From Basidiobolus meristosporus CBS 931.73 (lineage: Eukaryota > Fungi > Basidiobolomycota), in NCBI GenBank assembly GCA_002104905.1, contig MCFE01000497.1, positions 2,555-66,554 of the forward strand: DNA of 64,000 nt. The letters are read 5' to 3'. Below the pieces are notes generated by a model. That model was not told the DNA's origin and searched no databases. It saw only the letters and a list, made by a program, of their open reading frames with translations. Below are positions 25,668 through 36,445 of this stretch, in pieces (position 1 is the stretch's first letter; every line of letters begins with the position of its first letter). Made by a program: the position numbers and the translations under genes.

Positions 25668-27813
25668 TGTAGTGGGGTGACAGTGACACCCACTGACAGA
25701 TGTGCTCATTCCCTTATTTTCCACTTCCCTATATCTCTACTACACTTATTTTAGTTTTATCCCATTTGTCTTACCCAATCAGTACTATCCCATAAGCCGG
25801 TTGACTATCACACCTGCTTACCTTATTGCATAAGTTACCCCTCCCTTTATGTAAGATTACTAGCTACAAGTGCTTCTATATTAGGCAAGTACCCGCGCCA
25901 GTACCCGTGACACATGATCAACCCATGTCACCATCCCTACCATTTCCATACCATATATGGTATCCCCATGTTACACAGGTTTCAGAATACTGATTCCTGA
26001 TTGGTTGGATGTGCTGTGCCTCTTAGAACCTTCCGGTGTGGTGGTGTATAAGTCCAAGGGAGATATACGTCCAACACTTCTCAAGTGTTTTGTGTGTGGG
26101 GTGTTCACTGGGTGCAATAACCTCTGGCAAAAGCTTGCTAGGAATACTTGGGTTCTGTCTCTAATCTAATGTGAAGGGGAATAAAGCCACAAGCTTGTCA
26201 AGGGAAAACTATTGAGCTACAATCCCCAACTTAGTTGGCGTCTTAACAAAAGTATGTGCTGGGTTCAGCGTCCTTTGAGATGACAATGTACTAAAGCTTC
26301 CAAAGTCAAAACAACTGTAAACTCCACCAGCAGGGACTTGATAAGAATACAGCTGTGGTCAATAGTTACAAAGACAGAAAAGTATCTTTGCCTGTACAAG
26401 AACAAACTTGGGAAAGAATCAAATATAATAAAAGATACCTACTCTGAGTATTCCTCACAAGTAGTACCTCCAAGGTCAGTTGGCTGTCAGCGCGGTTTCC
26501 TGGGAGTGTCCTGTGGTCTGGGGTTGGAAGTTCAGGTAGCAGCAGGTAGCAGTGATCACACTAATCAACAAGTCAGTATATTGATAAAAGGGATGATGAT
26601 TTATTGTTGAGGGATAGCCTCCCTTATATACTTTTCTCACTGGCTAAGTGATTACTAATCATGGTGTTCCAGAAGGTTTCAGATATCAATAGAAATCTTA
26701 ATGACATCAGAATGACCTAAGAATGTTCTAAGTAGGTGCCAGAAGGTTCTAAGAGGCACAGCACATCCAACCAATCAGGAATCAGTATTCTGAAACCTTT
26801 GTAACATGGGGATACCATATATGGTATGGAAATGGTAGGGATGGTGACACGGGTTGATCATGTGTCACGGGTACTGGCGCGGGTACTTGCCTAATATAGA
26901 AATACTTATAGCTAGTAATCTTACATAAAGTGAGGGGTAACTTATGCAATAAGGTAAGCAGGTGTGATAGTCAACCGGCTTATGGGATAGTACTGATTGG
27001 GTAAGACAAATGGGATAAAACTAAAATAAGTGTTGTAGAGATATAGGGAAGTAGAAAATAAAGGAATGAGCACATCTGTCAGTGGGTGTCACTGTCACCC
27101 CACTACACCGGCACCTACTTAGAACATTCTTAGGTCATTCTGATGTCATTAAGATTTCTATTGATATCTGAAACCTTCTGGAACACCATGATTAGTAATC
27201 ACTTAGCCGGTAAGAAAAGTATATAAGGGAGGCTATCCCTCAACAATAAATCATCATCCCTTTTATCAATATACTGACTTGTTGATTAGTGTGATCACTG
27301 CTACCTGCTGCTACCTGAACTTCCAACCCTAGACCACAGGACACTCCCAGGAAACTGCGCTGACAGCCAACTGACCTTGGAGGCACTACTTGTGAGGAAT
27401 ACTCAGAGTAGGTATCTTTTATTATATTTGATTCTTTCCCAAGTTTGTTCTTGTACAGGCAAAGATACTTTTCTGTCTTTGTAACTATTGACCACAGCTG
27501 CATTCTTATCAAGTCCCTGCTGGTGGAGTTTACAGTTGTTTTGACTTTGGAAGCTTTAGTACATTGTCATCTCAAAGGACGCTGAACCCAGCACATACTT
27601 TTGTTAAGACGCCAACTAAGTTGGGGATTGTAGCTCAATAGTTTTCCCTTGACAAGCTTGTGGCTTTATTCCCCTTCACATTAGATTAGAGACAGAACCC
27701 AAGTATTCCTAGCAAGCTTTTGCCAGAGGTTATCGCACCCAGTGAACACCCCACACACAAAACACTTGAGAAGTGTTGGACGTATATCCCCCTTGGACCT
27801 ATACACCACCACA
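25668..27813 (+). mobile_element. 1071-bp solo LTR (third LTR family), outer copy, split by a second copy
   Basis: TGTAGTGG...CCACCACA termini; 369+702 bp halves; TSD GCAG/GCGG; TATATAA at ~27220; no internal coding region found in the window. Confidence 0.85.
26037..27107 (-). mobile_element. 1071-bp solo LTR, inner copy, inverted
   Basis: Full reverse-complement copy of the same LTR with perfect TSD CCGG (26033-26036 / 27108-27111). Confidence 0.9.
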
Positions 27814-28616
27814 GCGGTAAAAAATATTGGGTAGCCAGAAGAGTGCCAGTGAGAAACAGGCAAGCAGATACATATGCATTGATGCAGCATGCATCAATGT
27901 GAACACAAATTTTAATACAAGAAGCACTCATTCACAGTAGCAGTGAAGGACCTGAGAGTGAGAAAAGGCTGCAGAGTTCTCAGAAGCCTATCAAAAGCAG
28001 GGCAGAAGGTTTCAAGCTAGTGACATTTGTCCATTATTGCTTCCATATCCTAACTTCCTTCACTTTATCTTTCTGCTGATGGCCAAGGGACAACTCCTCT
28101 AACACAGAGTTCTGAGCTTTGTTGCAGGTGGGACCATGGTGTGTTTGAGCACAGGAATCTACATAACATCATTGGTTCAAAATATTCAACTATTTGAGAG
28201 TGATATAGTCAAAATTCACCTGGATCAAAAATAATACCTACAGGAACTAATTGTGATGATCTTATCAAAAGCCCATAAGAAAACTAAAGCCTTGTGACCA
28301 AGAGGTATTGACCCTGTCAGGACACCATGCAAGAACTGTTGAAAGATGATTGCACTGCATATTTCACAAGATGCTTGACTAAGATTTTTCATCACAACAA
28401 TACCCCTATGAATAATAATTTGGTCCAACAGGTGGATCCAATCCAGATCAGCTGTCAAGATCCTTTTAGGTAACTGTTCTAATACAAGCAGCTGGAAATA
28501 ACTGACCATCTACACAAACTTATGATGGGATCACAATGGCACTTGGCTAATTTTACTACCAAATCAAGTTGAAAAACATAACAGTGTTTGTGTGGTGTTT
28601 TGCTCAGGGTGGGATG

Positions 28617-28965
28617 TGTTCAAATATTAGAGAGATATATTGGAAGTGAACTGGAGAATTAGAAGATATACATGATATTCACTTGATGTTTTATTGAGTT
28701 GCAACACAGTATTTATACTTAGTGCAGAACTATGTAAATGTGACTATTTGGTCATTATTAGGGGATTCTCAGGAGTACATGTGCCAAGTTTTAGCTCATC
28801 TGGACAAGTGTCAGATTTTCCTAAAATTCTGTACTTCTCTAGTTCCTAATAATTAGTAAATATCTTTCAAACTAATTTCCATGTTGATAATCTGAAATAT
28901 ATCCTTTCACTGAGTGCTAGTTCATAATATATTAATAATTAGGTGGACTCCTAATTATTTCAATA
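28617..28965 (-). mobile_element. Diverged copia-type LTR with adjacent PPT
   Basis: TGTT...TTCAATA, 349 bp, followed by CTCCCACT (reverse complement AGTGGGAG PPT). Confidence 0.65.
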
Positions 28966-30813
28966 CTCCCACTCACATAATATATTGATATACTTATGAA
29001 CTTGCTGTGGTGTTGTGTATCTTGCGGTTGAAATTAAAGCTGCAATTAACCATCTAACCTATTGGGCTAATGTATTCTCCAATATATGTTAAGGATTGCA
29101 TATTATCTGTAATAACTACGTATAAGTCCATACTGTTAATTACTTACTTCACATCAAATTGCTTTGAGTCTGAACTCTGATCTCATCACAAATATCTATG
29201 AGTGAGTATCATCAATTTGATTGGAGTAAAACTTTTCAGATACTGATTAAATCCTGGCATAGCTTGTATCATCAGAGAGCTGCATTCTCAGGCTTTCTGC
29301 TGTTTCTTATTGGAGTAAAATTGGTCAATAATCGGCAAAGTTAGGAAGTGGTCTTCTCTCCAGTAGATCTGGATCATCCACAGTTCTGGTCTATAGTCTA
29401 ATTCACTTAGACTATCCTCCATATATCCATAACTGGATCTGGATAGTAACTTTCCTCATATACTCCATATATGATCTGCTGAGACCAACAATTGATCAGC
29501 ATTGTAGTTGCCTTATTCTTCACTGGTTGACTAAGTATTTCCTCTTCCGGACTAGTGCTTTCAATGGTGTCTAGCCTAGCTTTTCTTCATTCCTGATCTG
29601 GGATATTGTACTCCCACTAAAGCTATGTCTTCTGGTGCTTCCTGCCTTCTAAAACTGACTGAGATAGATCATATATATCCTTCTGATCTAGGCATAACTT
29701 TCTTGGACTGATATCACTGTCACAGTATTCAGATCTTCCCTTTGCATCTTGATAGGCTTGATTTGGTATCACAGCATACCACAGCTTGTCTTTGTATATC
29801 CCACACATTTGCTCCACAGGAAATACCCAAAAGGTGAAGCAAGGTCCAAGATTCTCAAGACACTGTGCCAGATGGAGTAGCAAATGGATACAGTAGTGGC
29901 AGATATTTACATGTTCAGCTTTATGCTTATATTGTGGCCACTCAAATCCCACAAACACTTGTTGCACAAAAGCTGTGGATGCATGAAGTTGGCATTGTTG
30001 ATCCACTTCTGTATAAACATTCCTACAATATCAACATTTGACTCCCAGTGTTTCCAATATACTCTTAGTAGAAATGGTTTCAAAAGGCCATTTGAATAAA
30101 TACATATCCAGTTCATCCAGTCCTTGCACTTGTATTGTTGCATAGGCATATGAATGTTGATTGGAGCCTGCAAAAAATACCTAAGGTAGAGGATACTCTG
30201 CAATATCTTGCCAGTTCTTTCAAATTTCATAGGTATCTCAATGGGCTCATTTAGCTTGAAATGCCCTATGTATAAATTGGTTGTCAGTATAGGGATATTA
30301 TTGAAAGCAAATGCATTACTCCCAGTAACATGGTTTTGCTCCAGCAGATACTCTCTGTATTTGGTATCTCTAGCTTTCAATCAATTCCATATTCCAGTCA
30401 ATGACTCACAGCTTGCCAACTTTGCTGTAATTGCATGCTGACTTCTTTGTGTTCTCTCTACATAACAATGATGTTCTTAGTGTTGGTGCGTGCGTTATAT
30501 TCATATATATGAGTTATGGATTGAGTCTCCATGGTCTCTTGCATTCAGAAGCAATACTGTCCATTGTGCCCAGACAAGCTGGATATCCTGCTGATAACTG
30601 GGGTATCCTCAATGCAGATAATCATACGTGCTTTGACATGTTGGCCATTTACTGTTATCCTGCTGGAAAGCACACAAAATGCATCCAACAATGGATGCAG
30701 GTAGCTGTCCAGGGTGGACAGTGATTTAGGCCCAGATATCTGTGAGATTGCCATCCAATTTCTGCACTGCTACTGTAAGATAGGTGACAGATTCAGGTTG
30801 AAGAGAATCAGTG

Positions 30814-30938
30814 CTTGTTCCAGAAGTTTCAGAGTTGCTTTCCAACCCAATTGCATGAAAGGAGCTCAAGTTACTTTGTGTGGCAACTTGCATAACTTCT
30901 TGAGCAGATATAATTCCTATTGGTGTTCCAGGTTCCAT
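30814..30938 (-). pseudogene. Fragment of a multisubunit RNA polymerase largest subunit (RPB1/beta' trigger-loop region), divergent and probably virus-type
   Basis: MEPGTPIGIISAQEVMQVATQSNLSSFHAIGLESNSETSGTS aligns without gaps to the RPB1 motif [38 protein letters not shown] (yeast, recalled); truncated by CACTA sequence at 30813. Confidence 0.8.
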
Positions 30939-31052
30939 GATTCATGCATATATATATATTCGTCAACTTTTTGAACATAACATTTTTTGGATTGAACATT
31001 TAAATCTCATTACTAAATAAGATCTATTTAAGATTCTAACTTTAAATCACCC

Positions 31053-31562
31053 ATGTCCCCAGAAAATTTAGGAAAACAAGCTTTATCTGATATTGTTGAA
31101 TCTGCCAACAAGATTATTGCGGGCATGATTTATACAGTCATGTCTGACTTTAGCAGCAAACTTATTAAAGAAGGCTTAGATTCCAATACTGTTCTCAAAT
31201 GCACTAACAAACTTAGCTCCAATTATCTTGGTGAAGGCGTTAAAATTAGAAAAAAGCCTGCTCCTAGAGCTCCTAAGGCTCCTGGTACTACTAAATCTTC
31301 TAGTACTACTAAAAGTTGTTCCAAGCCTACTCCTAAAACTCTTACTTGGGAACCTCATCCTGAAGACCCAGATAATTATTCTTTCACCAGAGACATTGTA
31401 CTTAAGAAGGGCCTTCCTGTATGTTATAACAAGAACAAGAAGGTTGTCTATGTTGGTGGTAAAGATGAGGTATATGACCTCGAAGTTGAAGATGCTATGC
31501 TCTTGAGTAACTATAACCTTGTTTGTGATATGTCTTTTGCTGGTGTTCCTAAAGCGGAATAA
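31053..31562 (+). CDS. Orphan 169-aa protein with central K/P/S/T-rich linker; not part of any TE family in the window
   Basis: Uninterrupted ORF with strong T-ending codon bias, single copy in the window, divergent from the RNAP fragment across 114 bp. Confidence 0.75.
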   Translation: MSPENLGKQALSDIVESANKIIAGMIYTVMSDFSSKLIKEGLDSNTVLKCTNKLSSNYLGEGVKIRKKPAPRAPKAPGTTKSSSTTKSCSKPTPKTLTWEPHPEDPDNYSFTRDIVLKKGLPVCYNKNKKVVYVGGKDEVYDLEVEDAMLLSNYNLVCDMSFAGVPKAE

Positions 31563-31589
31563 ATAAGATATGTTTTTGTCTTAAAACTA

Positions 31590-31735
31590 TTTTTTAAAAG
31601 ATCTTAGACCAAAGTATATTTAAAACCAAATTTAAAAACTATATTTAAAAGATCAAAAACCATATTTAAAAACCAAATATCTAAAACCAAACTTAAAAAA
31701 CATATTTAAAAAACTATATTTAAAAACTAAAAAAG
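31590..31735 (+). repeat. Degenerate AT-rich tandem repeats (ATATTTAAAAAC-like)
   Basis: Repeated (T)ATTTAAAA(A)C / CCAAA units directly downstream of the orphan ORF. Confidence 0.7.
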
Positions 31736-32880
31736 CTAATAAGGCAAAGGTAGACAGACACACATGCACCAGCACAACCTTTACTAATGAAGAAGTGTAG
31801 TTCTACTCAAGAAGCTCTCAGTCAAAGTAGCAGTGAAGGACCTGCAGTGATAAAGCAAAAGGTAAAGGGAAAAAAGTTGCCCAAGCCAGAGATAGGGAAG
31901 CATGAGAGAAATGCTGCAGTCCTTGCCTATCAATGGTGTAAGCTCAGAACTGACTGAATCACATCATAGCCATGAAGAATTACTAACAAGAAAATAGATG
32001 TTTTCACAAAAGCTGGAAGCACAGCCATATGACCTACACAATACTGAGGTAGATGAGTTTTCTGAGACAAGAAATTTGACTTCCACAGCCTCCACACCAT
32101 CCACTGTTGATAGAGTGGAGATCTTGCTGACAGGCCAAGTAGCAGCATCAAGAGCTCAAAGGTTATCACAATGCCTTCAGTAGAATTTTGGAACATTAAT
32201 AGGCACACCAAAAGGTTGCAGTACTTCTTCAAGAGCAGTGCTCAAGAAATCACATATGGATACTGCAAGGAGTTATTGCAAAGGCTGGCAGATGAGGTTC
32301 TAGACCTTGCAGTAATGGTGGAAGACCAGGACATATGGAACCAGTGAAAGAACAGTGGCATAAAGCTGTAGGGTTCCTGCCAAAGTCATGGAAACAGAGC
32401 ATTGCAGCCAAATACTTATTGAGCAGTGGATTTTAATGGAGTTACTTCTTAATTGCAGGGTTAGGCTTGTTGTTAGTTTAGGGTACAGTGACTTGCATAG
32501 GCCAATACAATTGGCATTTGAGGTGCCACTAAAGTTCCAACAGAAAGAACTAAACTTATATGCATGAAAAGTAAGAGAAACAGTTGAGTCAGGAAGTAAG
32601 GAGTGTGAAGAAGAGGCAATAGTCAATCAATACACACAAGTGTAGGAGGGTATAGAATATCTAGGATGAGAAAGTGAGCAAATTGACAGGGAACCAATCA
32701 AGAGTCACTTATACATTGTTGTGATGAAAATTTTTGACAGGGTTTTTTGTGAAATCTGGGGTGCAATTATTTTTCAATGGTCTCTGGACCGTGTCCTGGC
32801 AAGATCAGTACCTTTTAGTCATGGGTTGTTAGTTTTGTGATGACCTTTTGATGGGATCATCTCAATAATTTTTCATAGGG

Positions 32881-34712
32881 ATCTACCACAGCCTTCACAT
32901 CCTCCATTGTTGACCAAGTGGTGATCCCACTGACAGACAATGCTGCAATGTCAAGAGCTCAAAAGACTATCACAATGCCTTCAATGGAATCTTGGAATAT
33001 TACTAGGCACACCAAGAGGTTGCACCACTTCTTCTAGAGCAATGCTCAAGAAAACGCACTTGAATATTGCAAGGATTTATTGCAAAGTCTGGCAGATGAG
33101 GTGCTAGACCTTGCAGTGCCAGCTAAAGACCAGGATGTATGGGAACTAGTGTATGAACAGTGGCATAAAGCCATTGGGTTCCCACTAAAGTTGTTGAACC
33201 AGAGTGTTACAGCAGAAATACTGATTGAGTTGTGGAATTTAATGGAGTTACTTGTTGAGTGTGGGGTTGGGCTTAATGTTAGTGTACAGAATAGGGACTT
33301 GTAGAGGTCAATACAATTGGCAATTGAGGTACAACTGAAGTTTCAATGGAAATAAATCAATTTGTACACATGAAATGTAAGAGAAACGGTTGAGTCAAAA
33401 AGTCAGGAATGTGAAAATGAGGCAATAGCCAATCAATACACACAAGTGTAGGAGGTTACAGAGTGTCTAGGATCAGAAAGTGAGAAAATTGACAGAGAAC
33501 CAATCAAAAGCCACATTTCTATTGTTGTGATTAAAAATTTTGACCAAGTTTTTTGTGAAATATGGGGTGCAATTATTTTTTAATGGTCTTTGCACAGTGT
33601 CTTAATGGGATCAATACTTCTTATTCACAGGACTTGGAACTTGTGACAGCCTTTTGATGGGATTATCACAATGAATTTTTGTGTGGTACATAGGAGCTCT
33701 TGATTAGTCCTCTGCCATTCCACTCACTTTCTAATCCTGGACACTCAATTGCCTCTTACATTTGCATACATCAATTGGCTGTTACCTCTGTGTCACACTC
33801 CTTCATTCCTGACTCTACCAATTCTCTTACTTTTGTGCATACAAGTTGATTTGTTTCTGTTGAAACTTCAGTTGTACCTCATTTGCCAATTGTATTAACC
33901 TACACAGGTCTCTATGCCTGATACTAGCATTAAGCCCACCCTAACACAGAACAATAAACTGCATTAAAATGCACCATTCAATCAGTGTTGCTGCTGTAAC
34001 ATTCTTTTTTCAAGACTTTGGCAGGGACTCTGGCAGACAGTTTGACACCCAACAACTCTACAGCTTTATGCCACTCTCTGTTCAGGTCTTCAATAAGTAT
34101 TTCTGCTGTAACACTCTGGTTTCACAACTTTGGCATGGACCCAATGGCTTTATGCCACTGTTTGCTTACTAGTTCCCACATGTCCTGGCCTTCAGCCAGC
34201 ATTGCAAGGTCTAGCACCTCATCTGCAAGTCTTTGTAATAGATCCATGCAATAATCAAGTGCGTTTTGACAAGTGCTACTCTTGAAGAAGTGCTGCCACC
34301 TCTTGGTGTGCCTACCAATGTTCCAAAATTCCACTCAAGGCATTATCATTGTCTTTTGAGTTCTTGATGCAGTTGCTTTGCTGGTCAGTGGGTTCTCCAT
34401 TCTGTCTACAATGGAGGACACACAGGCTATGGTAGACAAATTGCTTTTCTCTGTGAGCTAATCTACCTTGCTGAGCTGTAGCTCAACTTCCTGCACTTCC
34501 AACTCTTGTGAAATCAGCTTGGGCCTTGTTGATAGTGCTTCTTGGCAATGATGAGATTCAGCCTGCTCTGGGCAGATTGTGCAATTGTTAAGAACTACAG
34601 CTTTCTACTCATGCTTGCCTCTCTCAGGGGTGGCTAGACCTTTTTCTCTTTACATAGATCTTTTTCACTGCCAAGTCCTTCACTGCTACTTTCACTGAGT
34701 GCTTCCTATACT
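32881..34712. mobile_element. Two CACTA accessory-ORF 3'-end fragments in opposite orientation
   Basis: ORFs 33080-33304 (+) and 34122-34334 (-) match the LQRLADEVLDLA block of 14720-14983. Confidence 0.75.
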
Positions 34713-36445
34713 ACACCTGTTCCATTGAGCTGTGCCAGGGCATATGGTGTATTCCTAGGTTGCCAAGAACATTCAGGTACAATGCTTTAGCTAAACATAG
34801 GCAGGATGTCTCTTGGACAATTTTGCACTATGTGGGACAATCTTGCATAAAATGACACAGTCTGACACAATGAGGTTGGCCTAGATGATTGTGCAAATTA
34901 TAATGTTTGAATCATGTGCAAAATTGGATACCACTATTATTGCAGGTTAAGTCTGGTGTTTGGATATGTTTCCTAATGCAAATGGAATACATGCCTATCA
35001 CACTATAAACCATACAAGTATTTGCCATTTTGCTTATCATCACTCCAATTGGATGGTATGCATGTGAGGTTTTTTCTCACAAGGATTGCTACCAAAGCAT
35101 TTGATAGTGATTCTCTTTGCACACCTGCACTACTTTCCTGTTGACTCTTATCTTAGCTACTTGTGCTCTTGCAGTTGGTATATTGCCTTCTAGTTGATGA
35201 GTGCAGTGTCAGAGCTTGGCTGTGCTGAATTGCTTCATATGATGTTACCAAACTGGCCTGAAGTGCCATGTGCTGATGCATTCTTCTACTTGCCAAAGGC
35301 TCCTGTGCTGGAAGCACATTTGGAGGGACATTTTCAGTTAGTTCACCAGTAGTAACTTGCTGATGGACAGGTGTAACATCATGTGCAGAAGCAACTTGGT
35401 GCATTGGCACAACACTTGGCTGAGTTCAATGTATTGCCACTTGTTGATGCAACTTGGCCTGCTCTAATGAACTTGTGTCTGATTAAGCAGTTTGCAAGTT
35501 CTGGTAATTTTACTCTGAACCAAGCACATTGGCCCAGCATGCATTGACCTGGTGCATGGCAATCTTATGAAAGCAGCTGGCATAGACTGGACTAACATGT
35601 GCAATGGATAGAAAGGAATTCAACAAGGTGTGCTAGCACAATCCAGACTTAGTTGCATGCCATTGATATTCTTCCTATCAAAGCTCACCCTCTAGTTCCT
35701 CAAAGTATCATTCACCCTCTGACAGATACTTTGGAATTGTTGCCTTGATGAGTCCTGCATATATTGCTCTTGGAAGCCACTTAGCTTTACTAGTATATTA
35801 CCAAGTACATTAGCCATATTAGACAAAAAATCATAAAAATCTCTTTAGTGCCCAAGTTTGAGGCATGTAGAGATGCAATGATCTGTACTGTGCAAATTGA
35901 ATGTGGAATTGCTCAGGCACAGCCTTCTCATCATGTCCCCTTACTATCAGCTCATTCTTGATTACAATATATGTCCTGTTATATACCTTCTTGCATACAT
36001 CCACTGGCATCTTGATGTTGAACTCATGCCATTGCTTCCTACTCAAGTTCTTCCATCTCTGTCAACTCTGTGAGGTATCCTGTTCTACTAGATTAATGAG
36101 TAGTGCCCAGATATATATATGAAGGCTTACCATGGAGACTTGGGTCAGACTGAAATTATTTGGCCAGAACTCAAATTGATCTAACACTCTCTTCCCCAGT
36201 CCAGACTGTGCTAGAGAGCTGGCCAATGGGTTTTATATGGGTTGTACTAAAGTTGAGTTGAGGCCTTGTATAGGGACCATAGTGATGTATTTGGATACTT
36301 TTACAGTGGTTTAATGGTATCAACCTGGTGTTATATCAAATGTATGTGAAAGCTAATGTGATTGTTGAGTATTTCAAATATTATACCTGATGCATCTTGG
36401 ATTGCATTGGAATGGATCAGATCATATCAGTTACAGATTTCCTAT
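34713..36445 (-). mobile_element. Old truncated copy of the PHIS element
   Basis: Starts ACACCTGTTCC (decayed TIR) preceded by ACT; colinear with 60310-62410; ORF pieces 35153-35410 and 35831-36046 match the PHIS second ORF. Confidence 0.8.

Larger units (their letters stand above)
23247..28020 (-). mobile_element. Internally deleted CACTA copy carrying a nested LTR pair
   Basis: Starts CCCTGTGAAATATAATT at 23247; transposase C-terminal remnants 23400-24580, accessory-ORF remnants 24580-25667 and 27814-28020. Confidence 0.75.
28404..32880. mobile_element. Composite CACTA-bounded segment containing foreign DNA
   Basis: CCCTATGAATAATAATT at 28404 and AATAATTTTTCATAGGG at 32880; minus-strand transposase remnants 29785-30813 and plus-strand accessory-ORF remnants 31735-32600 in native relative orientation. 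The flanks do not form a clean TSD. Confidence 0.6.

Noticed and set aside
30726-30813. Treating the full 70-aa ORF 30726-30938 as one protein
   Set aside because: The last 28 codons are off-frame CACTA transposase DNA (match to ~17960-18055); only 30814-30938 is RNAP-like.
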